Program-made: the position numbers and the translations under genes
Notes under the pieces: model-generated
The model's input: only the letters and a program-made list of their open reading frames with translations
Told to the model about the DNA's origin: nothing
Databases searched by the model: none
Source of the DNA: an uncultured Phycisphaerales bacterium
Lineage (GTDB): Bacteria; Planctomycetota; Phycisphaerae; Tepidisphaerales; Tepidisphaeraceae
Length of the DNA: 64,000 bases
Assembly (NCBI GenBank): GCA_963755915.1
Contig: CAVWLP010000002.1
Coordinates: forward strand, 2,496,001-2,560,000
Reading direction: 5' to 3'
Part shown: positions 42,791-54,248 of the stretch, in pieces
Layout: each line of letters starts with the position of its first letter
How positions within the stretch are numbered: position 1 is the first letter of the stretch

Positions 42791-43681
42791 TCATTTGCAA
42801 ACCACGTATAAGGTTCCAGCCGGCTTTTCCACGGGAAAGAGGCGCCGATTATTCCTAATCTCAGACCAGCCGGGGTATTTTGCAAGCTTTGGACCCGCGC
42901 GAAAAACCACTAGGTCGCCCTGAACGTTGGACGTAATTGTTAACCCCACGAAAGGTACAACGATCCTGCTAGAATCCGATTGGAGCGCGCCACGGGCGTT
43001 AATGTCGTGTACTTCATCATCGACCAAGGCAGCCGCCAAATATTCTGCTTCGCTTGGCAAGCGGACCATGGCCCAAGAGCAGTAGGCGACAGCATCGCGG
43101 TAGCTCAAGAATTTCGCTTCAAATCGCTCTCGCTCCTCTGCGGGCAATATCGCCACAAAAGGATTGTCTTGGAAGTTTGCTTGCAATCCGCCGACTCTTT
43201 CTGCTGATGTCCGGTATCCGGTTTCGCGACGAAATTGCAGCATTTGACCGATATTTATTGGCTTCGAAAAAATGTTAAATGACGAAACCGTTTCGACGTG
43301 CGAATCTTCGAAAGTTACAAGGCGACCGGCGATCGTCATGCATAGTTCAGTTCCTCCATGCCAATCGCCCGGCGCTGGAAACCCAATTACAATACGCTCA
43401 ATTGCCGGAAAGTTATCTCCAAGCTCCCTAAAGAGTATGTCAATGCAGTCTGCGCAGACCCACTGGATCGAAACAACGATTTCATGCGTCGACGGATCAT
43501 CCCGTACATTTAGATATTTGTGCGAGCATCGTACGTCGCATAGTGCCTGAACGCTGCGGCGAACCAACCATGCTTTTAAAAACTCCTCGACTTGGCGAGA
43601 CGGTAATCCTCCAACGTCTTTCAAACACAATCGGAACGTGTAGGGCTCAAAGTCGACTATTGGTAGCTTTTGGATTGTCAT
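42791..43681 (-). CDS. Hypothetical protein with FGE-sulfatase (SUMF1)-like C-terminal region
   Basis: ETGYRTSAE..LSYRDAVAYCSWAMVRLPSEAEY; lower GC. Confidence 0.6.
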   Translation of the reverse strand: MTIQKLPIVDFEPYTFRLCLKDVGGLPSRQVEEFLKAWLVRRSVQALCDVRCSHKYLNVRDDPSTHEIVVSIQWVCADCIDILFRELGDNFPAIERIVIGFPAPGDWHGGTELCMTIAGRLVTFEDSHVETVSSFNIFSKPINIGQMLQFRRETGYRTSAERVGGLQANFQDNPFVAILPAEERERFEAKFLSYRDAVAYCSWAMVRLPSEAEYLAAALVDDEVHDINARGALQSDSSRIVVPFVGLTITSNVQGDLVVFRAGPKLAKYPGWSEIRNNRRLFPVEKPAGTLYVVCK

Positions 43682-43874
43682 CGATCCACTTTGCTGTTTG
43701 TTAGGCCAATGCTGGGCCGCCAAGGGCAATTAAAAGTGACGGGCAATCAAAAGTAATGCAAGCCATTATATCGATTTCTGCTTTTTTTCCGGCCGTTTTC
43801 TGCATCCTCCGGGGCGGCGGCGCGGACCCATCGTATTCTCGAGGCGCAACGCCTTACCTTTATTTCATGCAATG

Positions 43875-44424
<550 letters not shown>

Positions 44425-44581
44425 TACGGAAGAGTAACGGCGATGGGGTAGATTGGCGACGTTAGGCCGGTTCGGGGCTGGGATATCTAAAAGTGTTCGC
44501 GTTACTTTTAGTTCGTTCACCTTTATTTCACACTACGTTAAAAGACGGAATGCTCCAATGATTGAGAATCTGGCCTTTACC

Positions 44582-44947
44582 TTAAAAAATATGCCCAAAG
44601 AGAACCATGTAAATGCTAAGAAGGAGTCCGGGCACATTGACAACCAGGTTAAGGCAAATTGCGTAGGCCCCCAAGCGGCTAGTGGGCCATCGCAGGTAAA
44701 TCAATGATAAAATTGCGGTATACATGGCAAGCATCCAAATTGCCCAAAACAGTTGATAGAACGTGCGCGGCAATTCGAGCTGTGAATTCATGCAATAGTA
44801 AATTACCCAGCAGGCTAGTCCTGGCACAGACAAAAGAATCGTCAAAGCAGGATGGCTCATTATGGATTTTTTTTGCCGTAAGACGGGTTGCCCATAGTGG
44901 AGTATTCGAGGGGCATCTTCATCCTTCAGGCGATCATCGTTTTGCAT
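44582..44947 (-). CDS. Small membrane hypothetical protein (about 3 TM)
   Basis: Hydrophobic segments; lower GC. Confidence 0.5.
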   Translation of the reverse strand: MQNDDRLKDEDAPRILHYGQPVLRQKKSIMSHPALTILLSVPGLACWVIYYCMNSQLELPRTFYQLFWAIWMLAMYTAILSLIYLRWPTSRLGAYAICLNLVVNVPGLLLSIYMVLFGHIF

Positions 44948-45308
44948 GATTTTTGCGCAGCGCGTGGGACAATTAAATGTGACGCAAACCATTATATCGA
45001 TTTCTCCCGTTTTTCCGGCCGTTTTCTCCATCCTTCGCGGCGGCCGCAATCCGGCGACTGCTTCACCATTTTCTCCTCGGCCTCGGCCGTCGGCAAGTTG
45101 ATGATCTGGAGCCAGCGCGGCGGCGTCACCTTCTATTCTCTCGACAAGGGGTCAGTTTCGTCCCTATGGCCCAACACACGTTACATCCCGCGGTTATTGA
45201 GAATTAAACAAACCCCGCGCAATCGCCGCCGCCACACCAGTTTAAATCAAAATAAGTTATCGTTTGCTAACTAATTCGCGAAAAACGTAACAAAACGTAA
45301 CATTCTGT

Positions 45309-46798
45309 CATTGCCGTTCGGTACACGATTCGCTTGTTGCCGATTCTTGCGCTTGCGCGATGCGCTATGGTATGTCAGCATAGGGGTTGGTGCTGGAACT
45401 TCAGATCAAGGATGTTCCGTTTGGGCTGCTCACTCGCGTGTTGCCGCTGCTGGATCGGCTCCATGAGGTTGGAACCGAGCGCGACACGGCCGGCAATCGA
45501 CAACTCTTCTTCGACGACTACGTCAAGCTCGTTCTAGTCTACCTCATCACGCCGATGATCGAATCGATCAGCGGCCTGCAGTGCGCCATGGAACTGCCGC
45601 GACTGGCCAAACAACTGGGCATCAAGGATTTTTCCAAAGCCAGTTTCTCAAGGCGCCCGTGGTCTTCCAGCCGCGGGAGTTGATCCGGGTGATTGAAGAG
45701 CTGACCGGCGATTTACACCGGTTGCCTCGCGATCCGCGACTGGCCGATATCCACCACGCCATCACGCTCGTGGACGGGACGCTGATCAAGGCATTGCCCA
45801 GGCTCATCGAGACGCTCTACAACGCCAAACGGCGTTGTCTCACCCCAGCCCGCTGTACCGGGCAAGAAGCGCCCGACGCCGGGGCTTATCACGCCTGGCG
45901 CATTCACACCCTGCTGGACCTGGACACGATGGTTCCGCAACGGGTGCGTCTGACCGGTGGAAGCCCGCGCGGCTCGAACAACGAACGACGCGTGCTGGAG
46001 GCGATGCTGGAGCCGGGCCGGCTCTACGTCGCCGACCGTGGCTACTTCGACAAGCCGCTGATAAACCGCATCGTCCAGGCCCACAGCCTTTATGTCTTTC
46101 GCGCCATCGACGACCTGAAGTACCAAGTGGTCGAGGAACGCAAGCTCAGTGCCCAGGCGATTGAGGAGGGCGTGATCCGCGACGCGGTGGTGCGGTTGGA
46201 AGGCCTGGATCACCCGACGCGGCTGGTGGTCGTGAAGGCCGAGGTTCATGCCAAACGCACCCGCAAAGGTTACGTCCCCAGCAGCGGACAGATGAGGTTC
46301 CTGTGTCCGGACCTGGTACTGGCGCCGGAGCTGATCTCGATCTTGTATCGCTACCGCTGGACCATCGAGACCTTTTTCAAATTCATGAAACAACTGCTGG
46401 GGTGCCGCCATTTACTGAGCCAGCGCAAGACCGGCGTGGAGATCCAGATCTACTGCGCGGTGATCGTGTGCATGCTGCTGAATCTGACCACCGGGTTGAA
46501 GCCGGCCAGGGCCGTCATGGAACGGATCATGTGGTATCTGCTGGGCTTTGCCGATGTTCAGGACGTCCAGCGGCAGATTGAAAGAACGCGGCGGGAGCAG
46601 GAGGCCCGCGCCAAAAAACGAGGCCATTAATTCCGGCTGCGTTCTCGAGTTCGCTGGCCGGCGGTTGATGCTGTGCGCTACTCAACCCCCCATTCGCCCC
46701 CGCATCGGTTCTCAAGCAGAATGATCTGCCGCATCGCTCCCCCAGCCGAATGGTTGCCGATTTTCCCCTAGCCGCAAACAAAGTACCGAACGACAATG
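45309..46798 (+). mobile_element. IS4 family insertion sequence
   Basis: TIRs CATTGCCGTTCGGTAC / GTACCGAACGACAATG; 9-bp TSD ACATTCTGT (45300-45308, 46799-46807). Confidence 0.92.
45387..46630 (+). CDS. IS4 family DDE transposase, frameshifted near 45650
   Basis: LVDGT, YVADRGY and YRYRWTIETFFK (YREK) motifs. Confidence 0.92.
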
Positions 46799-46834
46799 AC
46801 ATTCTGTAACATTGCTCTTTTTCCTTCTATAAGC

Positions 46835-47332
46835 TCACACCATTCCGTGGGCCGCTTTGTAGAGGTTCCAGGTCAGGTGGATCTGGCCCTGATGGTGGGC
46901 TTCGTGCCAGGCGAGGAGGGTGATGGCTTCGGCGACGGTGCGGGTTTTTCCGCCGGGGGCGGGGAATTGGCGCTTTAGAGACTCGGGGGTTTGCTCGGCG
47001 GCGTATTTTTTGAGGGGCTCGTAAGTGGCGGCGAGCTTTTGGCGGATTAGGGCCAGAGAGGGGACGTTGGCGTCGGACGGCGTCGATCCGCCGGCGAAGG
47101 CGGCGACGAGGTCCTGGTCTTTGGGAGTGGCCTGGAGGATGCCGGAGTTGAGGTAGCGGTCGTGGGTGGCGGCGCAGTGCATGAATTGCCAGCCGATGTG
47201 TGCCCGGCCGGGGCCGGGGCGCCAGGCGAGAACTTGGCGCGAGTCCTGGCCGCTTTTTTCGATGGTGTCGAGAATGCCCAGGAGACGGGCACGGGAGAAT
47301 TCGAGTGCGGCGATGAGAGATTCGCTGTCCAT
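46835..47332 (-). CDS. DinB family protein
   Basis: HIGWQFMHCA ... WHEAHHQGQI. Confidence 0.85.
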   Translation of the reverse strand: MDSESLIAALEFSRARLLGILDTIEKSGQDSRQVLAWRPGPGRAHIGWQFMHCAATHDRYLNSGILQATPKDQDLVAAFAGGSTPSDANVPSLALIRQKLAATYEPLKKYAAEQTPESLKRQFPAPGGKTRTVAEAITLLAWHEAHHQGQIHLTWNLYKAAHGMV

Positions 47333-47637
47333 ATTGGATTCCTTATTTACAAAAAGAGGGATGGCTGGCGCACAAATGCCCGCCCCGTTTGGGCAGCGCC
47401 TCGCTGGGACTTTCCTGCTCCGCCGTGCTTGGTGCCAGGACTACTGCTTCTGGCTCTTCTTGACGACGAAATAGACGATGATCAGCACTACACCAAGACC
47501 GATCAGAAGATATTCATACGTTGGCATATGGCGGGAATTCTAAACTTTCGGGCTGGGATTGCCAAGGTTTTAAGTGATTGCCCGACAGGGGCGATTGACG
47601 TTGGTTCTGACGCGGTTAAAACACGGCTGGCAGGGAT

Positions 47638-48863
47638 ATGGCGGCGTCGATAAAGGACATCCTCGACTGGATTTCGGGGCAGCAGCCGCGGATGGTGCGG
47701 CGCGTCGTTGAGTGGGCGGAGATAAACAGCTATTCGTTCAATGTGGCGGGGTTGAAAAACCTTAGTGGGGTGATCGAGCGGGATTTTCGGTGCTGGGAGG
47801 GGAGGTTCGGAGGCACGATCTGCCGGCGGCGACATTTCTGGATTCGCGGGCGCAGATGGTGAGCAAGCCGCTGGGGGAGGCGATCAGTTTTATGAAGCGA
47901 CCTGGCGCGGGGGTGAAGATTCTGCTGAACATTCATATGGACACGGTGTATGCGCCGGAGGCGGGGTTCGCGAAAGTGAAGGAGGCGGAGGGGAAGTTAG
48001 TGGGGCCGGGGGTGGCGGATGCGAAAGGGGGACTTGCGGTGATGCTGACGGCGCTGGAGGCGCTGGAGCGGAGCGAGCATGCCCAGCGCGTCGGGTGGAC
48101 AGTGGTGATCAATCCGGATGAGGAGATCGGGTCGCCGGGGTCGGCGGGGCTGCTGGCGGAATTGGCGAAGGGGCATCAGTTTGGGTTGCTGTTTGAGCCG
48201 GCACTTCCGGATGGGGCGTTGGTGGAAAGGCGAAGGGGGTCGGGGAATTTTTCGATTGTGGTGCGCGGGCGGGCAGCGCATGCGGGGCGCGATTTCGCGG
48301 CGGGAAGAAGCGCGCTGCTGGCGGCGGCGAAACTAGCGCTGGAGCTGCATGGGCTCAATGCGTCGTTGCCGGGAGTGACGGTGAATGTGGGGTCGATTGA
48401 TGGCGGGGCGCCGGCGAATGTGGTGCCGGACCTGGCGGTGTGCCGGATTAATATTCGGACGACGGAGCCGGCGGACGAGGTGCGGGTGAAGGGGGAGGTC
48501 GAAAAATTGGTTGCGGATTTGAATCGGATGGATGGGATTCGGGCGGAGCTGCATGGGCATTTTGCGTCGCCGCCGAAGATTTTGGATGAGCGGACGGGGC
48601 GGCTGCTGGGGGCGATTGTTTCGTGTGGGAAGGAGCTGGGGATGAACCTCGGCACGCGGGCTTCGGGGGGGGCATCGGATGGGAATCGGCTGATGGCGGC
48701 GGGGCTGGCGAATATCGACAGCCTGGGGGTGCGGGGGGACCGGATTCATAGTTCGGAGGAATATCTGATTCCGCAAAGCCTGCCGGAAAGAGCGCAACTC
48801 ACGGCGCTGCTGATGCTTAAAATCGCGGCGGGGGATATTGATGCGGGGGTGTTTTGCCGATGA
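47638..48863 (+). CDS. M20 family metallo-hydrolase, frameshifted near 47790
   Basis: INSYS, HMDTV, GVADAKGG, PDEEIGS, AHAGR, GGASDGN and IHSSEE motifs. Confidence 0.88.
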
Positions 48864-48943
48864 AGGGTTCATTGGTGCGCGTAGAGCGCTCCCCTTCGGG
48901 TCGCGGCTAAACGGGAAGAGGGGGATAAGCGTAGAATATTTTT

Positions 48944-50038
48944 GTGGTTTTGATTCGTCCAGTTTCGATAGGCGATCTCGACCAGTTGGTTGCGCTGGCC
49001 GAGCAGGCGGGCGTTGGGCTGACGACGCTGCCGAGCGATCGGAATCTGCTGAAGCGGCGAATCCTCAAGTCGCAGCGGAGCATGGAGAATATTCCGGATC
49101 GGCCGGGGGGCGAAAGTTTTCTACTGGTGATGCAGGATGTGGAGTCGAAGAAGATCATCGGGGCGAGCGGGGTGGTGACGAAGGTGGGGGGGTTTGAGCC
49201 GTTCTATGCATATCGGCTGGAGAACCAGGGGCTGGACTCGGATTTTTTGAAGATTCACAAGCAGATCACCGTGCTTCAGCTTGTGCGGGAGCATGATGGG
49301 CCGGCGGAGCTGGGGTCGCTGTTTCTGTCGCCGGACTATCGGAAGAAGGATTACGGACGGTTTCTTCAGCTGGTGCGATTTTTGTTTGTGGCGCAGTATC
49401 CGCAGGCGTTTGAGCCGGTGGTGGTGTCGGAGCTGCGCGGGGTGATCGACGGGGAGGGGCGCTCGGCATTCTGGGATGCGGTGGGGCGGCATTTTTTTGA
49501 GATCGATTTCCGGCGGGCGGATTATCTGAGCGTGGTGAACAAGAAGTTCATCGCGGATTTGATGCCGAAGTATCCGATTTACGTTCCGCTGTTGCCGGCG
49601 GAGGCGCAGGCGGTGATTGGGAAGATTCACGAATCGAGCCGGCCGGCGCAGAAGAATCTGGAGGGCGAGGGGTTTGCGTTCAGCGGGATGGTGGACATTT
49701 TTGATGCGGGGCCATGCGTGAGCTGCCGGCGGGATGACATTCGCACGGTGCGCGAGAGCCGGACGGCGGTGGTGGAGGAGGTTGATTCCAAGGCGATTGA
49801 ATCGGCGACGTATATGATCGGATGTTATGATCCGGCGTTTCGGGCGAGCATGGGGAAGCTGCGGGTTATCGGGGACTATCGGGTGGGAATTGAGTCGGGG
49901 CTGGCGGACGTGCTGGGGGTCGGGGAGGGATCGACGGTGAGATACGCAAGTCTTCGGTCTGAGGTGGGGACGGCCAAACTGGTCTCGAAGCCCGCCGTTT
50001 CTGTCGGCAAGGATGTGGCGAATGACTCGGACAAATGA
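48944..50038 (+). CDS. astA: Arginine N-succinyltransferase
   Basis: GLTTLP, ELGSLFL, ELRGVID..SAFW and VDIFDAGP motifs. Confidence 0.92.
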   Translation: MVLIRPVSIGDLDQLVALAEQAGVGLTTLPSDRNLLKRRILKSQRSMENIPDRPGGESFLLVMQDVESKKIIGASGVVTKVGGFEPFYAYRLENQGLDSDFLKIHKQITVLQLVREHDGPAELGSLFLSPDYRKKDYGRFLQLVRFLFVAQYPQAFEPVVVSELRGVIDGEGRSAFWDAVGRHFFEIDFRRADYLSVVNKKFIADLMPKYPIYVPLLPAEAQAVIGKIHESSRPAQKNLEGEGFAFSGMVDIFDAGPCVSCRRDDIRTVRESRTAVVEEVDSKAIESATYMIGCYDPAFRASMGKLRVIGDYRVGIESGLADVLGVGEGSTVRYASLRSEVGTAKLVSKPAVSVGKDVANDSDK

Positions 50039-51491
50039 CCAGGGCGATCCAGATTGTGGCGGAACCGATCGGAGGCCCTCACCCCTGCTCCCGACAGGTC
50101 GGGACTTCGCTTCGCTCAGCCTCCAATCCCCCGGAGTACCGGGAGAGGGGGTAAGAAAGGCGCGGGGGGCGTTTGCGGGGTGGTCGTCGAAATCAGTTGA
50201 GGAGCGCGGCGAGTTTTTGAGAAGGCTGGAGAGTCAGTACTGGGCGAATAAGGAGGAGATTGCCCGGGGGATTTCGCAGGAGACGGGCAAGCCGTATTGG
50301 GAATCGCGCCAGGAAGTGGATGCGATGGCGAATAAGATTCCGATTTCAATCGAGGCGTATCAGGATCGGTGCCGGGAGGTGAAGAAGGCGCTGCCGGATG
50401 CGACGGGGTTTACGCGATTTCGTCCGCATGGGGTTTTGGCGGTGCTGGGGCCGTTTAATATGCCGGGGCATTTGCCGAATGGGCATATCGTTCCGGCGGT
50501 GCTGGCGGGGAATACGGTGGTGCTGAAGCCGAGCGAATTGACGCCGAAATCGGGGGAGATTTTTGTGCGGTGTTTTGCGGCGGCGGGGTTTCCGGAAGGC
50601 GTGTTCAATCTGGTGCAGGGGGGGAAGGATGTGGGGGCGGAATTGGCGGGGCATGCGGATGTGAATGGGGTTTTGTTTACGGGGAGCACGGGAGGGGGGA
50701 TTGCGCTGCGGCGGGCGTGCGCGGATCAGCCGGGGAAAATATTGGCGCTGGAGATGGGGGGAAATAATCCGCTGATTGTGCATCAAGCGGGAGACCTGGC
50801 GGCGGCGGTTTATCTGATTATTCAGTCGGCGTATGTGACGGCGGGGCAGAGGTGTAGCTGTGCGCGGCGATTGATTCTGGTTCGGGGAGAGGAATCGGAT
50901 GCGTTAGTGCAGCGGCTGGTTTCGGCGATTGAAAAGATTCGCGTGGGGATGCCGGGGGATGAGCCGGAAGCGTTTATGGGGCCAGTGATTTCGACGGAGG
51001 CGGCGCGGACGATTCTGCTGCATCAGGTGCATCTGGTCAGCCTCGGGGGCAAGGCGCTGGTGGCGACGAAGCGCTTGCCGCGGCATCCGGGTTTGCTGAC
51101 GCCGGGATTGATCGATGTGACGGAGGTGGAGAATTGGCCGGATATTGAAGTCTTCGGCCCGCTTTTGCAGTTGATTTTCGTTGAGAATTTCGAGGCGGCT
51201 ATCGAGGAGGCGAATCGCACGAGCTACGGGCTTTCCTGCGCGTTGATTTCGGAGAATGCGGGGTTGTACGAGCAGTTTCTGCGGGGGATTCGCGGGGGGG
51301 TGATTGCTTGGAATCGGCCGATGACGGGGGCGAGCAGCCATTTGCCGTTTGGGGGGATTGGGAATTCGGGGAATCATCGGCCGGGCGGATATTTTGCGGC
51401 GGATTATGCGGCGTATCCGGTGGCGGCGCTGGAATCGGCGACGGCGCGGATTCCGGAGAAGCTTCCACCGGGGCTGGAAATTTCGCGGTGA
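50022..51491 (+). CDS. astD: Succinylglutamate-semialdehyde dehydrogenase
   Basis: PGHLPNGHIVPA, LALEMGGNNP, AGQRCSCARR, GNHRP and ADYAAYPVA motifs. Confidence 0.92.
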   Translation: MTRTNDQGDPDCGGTDRRPSPLLPTGRDFASLSLQSPGVPGEGVRKARGAFAGWSSKSVEERGEFLRRLESQYWANKEEIARGISQETGKPYWESRQEVDAMANKIPISIEAYQDRCREVKKALPDATGFTRFRPHGVLAVLGPFNMPGHLPNGHIVPAVLAGNTVVLKPSELTPKSGEIFVRCFAAAGFPEGVFNLVQGGKDVGAELAGHADVNGVLFTGSTGGGIALRRACADQPGKILALEMGGNNPLIVHQAGDLAAAVYLIIQSAYVTAGQRCSCARRLILVRGEESDALVQRLVSAIEKIRVGMPGDEPEAFMGPVISTEAARTILLHQVHLVSLGGKALVATKRLPRHPGLLTPGLIDVTEVENWPDIEVFGPLLQLIFVENFEAAIEEANRTSYGLSCALISENAGLYEQFLRGIRGGVIAWNRPMTGASSHLPFGGIGNSGNHRPGGYFAADYAAYPVAALESATARIPEKLPPGLEISR

Positions 51492-51497
51492 AGAGCG

Positions 51498-52826
51498 ATG
51501 GCGACCGAGGAGACAAATTTCGACGCGATCCCGGGGCCGACGCATAACTATGGGGGCCTTGCGGCGGGGAACTTGGCGTCGATGGCGCATACGCACCAGG
51601 TGTCAAATCCACGGCAGGCGGCGCTGCAGGGTTTGGAGAAGATGAAATTTCTATGCGATATGGGGATTTCGCAGGCGGTGCTGCCGCCGCACGAACGGCC
51701 GGATGTTGGGACGCTGCGGCGGCTGGGGTTTGGGGGGTCGGATGGACAGGTGCTGGAATCGGCGGCGAAATTTCCGGCGATCCTGGCGGCGTGCGGATCG
51801 GCGTCGGCGATGTGGGCGGCGAATGCGGCGACGGTTTCGCCCAGCGCGGATACGGCGGATGGACGGCTGCACTTTACGCCGGCGAACCTCATTTCGCAGT
51901 TTCATCGGTCGCTGGAATCGGGGACGACGGCGGCGATCTTGAAGGCGATTTTTGCGGATGAGTCGGCGTTTGCGCACCATGCGCGGCTGCCGGCGTCCGG
52001 GCAGTTTGCGGATGAGGGGGCGGCGAACCATATGCGGCTGGCGACAACGCATGAGGGGAAGGGGCTGGAGATATTCGTGTATGGGCGGAGAGCGCTGGAG
52101 GACAACGTGCGGGCGCCGAAGCGGTTTCCGGCACGGCAGACAATGGAGGCGTCACAGGCGGTGGCTCGGCTGCATCAGCTTGAAGCGAAGAACGTCCTGC
52201 TGCTGCAGCAGAATCCGGCGGCGATCGACGCGGGGGCGTTCCATAATGACGTGGTGGCAGTGGGGAACGTGAACGTGCTGCTGTATCACGAAAAGGCGTT
52301 TGCGGAACCGGATGAGGCGGCGCTGCGGGAGCGGTTTGAAAAAGGTGGATGTCACCTGTTGCGGGTGCCGGAAGTGCAGGTGCCGCTGGGGGATGCGATC
52401 CGGTCGTATTTGTTTAACAGTCAAATCGTTTCGCTGCCGGACGGGTCGATGGCGGTGATCGCGCCGATTGAGGCGAAGGAGAATGCGAGTGCGAGGGAAT
52501 TTCTGGAGGGGCTGGTAGGGCGGGGGACGCCGATCAAGACGGTGCATTTTGTGGATGTGCGGCAGAGCATGCACAACGGGGGCGGGCCCGCGTGCCTGAG
52601 GCTGCAGGTGGTGATGACCAACCTGGAGCGGGCGCTGGCGAATCCGGATGTGTTTTTGAATGACAAGGTTTATTCGACGCTGAAAGTCTGGATCAACCGG
52701 CATTATCGGGACCGGCTCCTGCCGGCGGATTTGGCAGATCCGAAATTGCTGGAGGAGTCGCGCAGGGCGCTGTCGGAGCTTACTTCGATTTTGGGGTTGG
52801 GGTCGATTTATCCGTTTCAGTCATGA
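51498..52826 (+). CDS. astB: N-succinylarginine dihydrolase
   Basis: GPTHNYGGL, SAMWAANAATVSPS, DEGAANH, FHNDV and NGGGPACLRL motifs. Confidence 0.95.
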   Translation: MATEETNFDAIPGPTHNYGGLAAGNLASMAHTHQVSNPRQAALQGLEKMKFLCDMGISQAVLPPHERPDVGTLRRLGFGGSDGQVLESAAKFPAILAACGSASAMWAANAATVSPSADTADGRLHFTPANLISQFHRSLESGTTAAILKAIFADESAFAHHARLPASGQFADEGAANHMRLATTHEGKGLEIFVYGRRALEDNVRAPKRFPARQTMEASQAVARLHQLEAKNVLLLQQNPAAIDAGAFHNDVVAVGNVNVLLYHEKAFAEPDEAALRERFEKGGCHLLRVPEVQVPLGDAIRSYLFNSQIVSLPDGSMAVIAPIEAKENASAREFLEGLVGRGTPIKTVHFVDVRQSMHNGGGPACLRLQVVMTNLERALANPDVFLNDKVYSTLKVWINRHYRDRLLPADLADPKLLEESRRALSELTSILGLGSIYPFQS

Positions 52827-52907
52827 TCGGAAAGAGATTAACCGCGAAGACGCCAAGAGCGCGAAGAAAATGCGGAATTGGCCACAGATTTAAATCAGAT
52901 GCACCAG

Positions 52908-54169
52908 TGACCTTCCCCACGTTTGGTGGGCGCGGCCTGAAGCCGGATAATCCGGCTGAAGGAGCGAATTGCCATGGGACGCAAACATTATTCCAGGGAG
53001 TTTCAGGACGAAGCCTGCAAACTCGTCACCGATCAAGGCTACACACAAAGGAAAGCGGCCCAGGAACTGGGCCTTCCGGTGCACATCGTGCATCACTGGA
53101 TGAAAAAACGTGGACTGATCAAGCCCGCGGCTGAGGAGCCCGCGTTTCCAGACACCAACGATCCGACGCTGCTCAAGGCCCGCATCCGCGAGTTGCAAAA
53201 GCAATTGCGGCGGGTCGAAACCGAGAAGGAGATTTTAAAAAAAGCGACGGCCTACTTCGCCAGCCAGAACCCATGAGATTCGCCTGGATCAAAGAACATT
53301 GGGACCCGTTCGATCTGGCCGCATTGTGCGATGCGCTGGAAGTCAGCCGCAGCGGGTATTACGCCTGGCTGAAACGTCCAGCCAGCCCGCGGCACAAGCG
53401 CCGGGAAGAGCTGACTGAGAAGATCCGCGAGGTTCATGAGGAGAGTCGCTATACCTACGGCAGCCCGCGGGTGCACGCGGAGCTGGCGGATCGGCAGGTG
53501 AGCGTCTGCGTGAACACGGTGGCGCGTCTGATGAAACAGGCCGGATTGCAATCGCGGATTCGCCGGCGATTCGTCGTCCATACCACCGATTCGAATCACG
53601 ATGAGCCGGTCGCGGCCAATGTGCTGGACCGCCAGTTCGCAACTGAGGCGCCCAACCGCAAGTGGTGCTGCGACATCACCTACGTTCCGACGGATGAAGG
53701 ATTCCTATACCTGGCGGCCGTGATCGACCTGTGCAGTCGGAAAATAGTCGGCTGGTCGATGGCCGATCATCTGCGAAGTGAGCTGTGTCTGGAAGCGATA
53801 TCGATGGCGCTGACACATCGCCGACCGGAGCGAGGTTTGCTGCACCACTCCGATCGCGGTGTCCAATACGCCTGCGAGACTTATCGACAGATGCTGGCGG
53901 AGCATGGGATGGAGCGGAGCATGAGCCGCACCGGCAATTGCTACGACAACGCGGTGATGGAGAGCTTTTTCAGCACGCTGAAGACGGAGCTCATTTATCA
54001 CGAGCACTACGCAACGCAAGCGGAGGCTCGGCGTTCGATCTTTGAGTACATTGAAGTGTTTTACAATCGCCAGAGACGTCACTCGGCGATAGGCTACCAA
54101 AGCCCCGAAGCGTTCGAGGCCAGCCTGAACTGACGATTTGGCCGCGCCCACCGAACGTGGGGAAGGTCA
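52908..54169 (+). mobile_element. IS3 family insertion sequence
   Basis: TG..CA TIRs TGACCTTCCCCACGTTTGGTGGGCGCGGCC / GGCCGCGCCCACCGAACGTGGGGAAGGTCA; 3-bp TSD CAG. Confidence 0.95.
52974..54133 (+). CDS. IS3 transposase OrfA (52974-53276) / OrfB (53273-54133) with -1 frameshift site
   Basis: HTH OrfA; AAAAAAAG slippery site at 53237-53244; DITY, HSDRG and DNAVMESFF motifs. Confidence 0.93.
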
Positions 54170-54248
54170 CAGATGAATTGAATTGAAATCTGATTTTTTA
54201 TCTGATTTTGATCTGTGGCGATTTTCTCTTTGCTTGGGGCTTTTTCGG

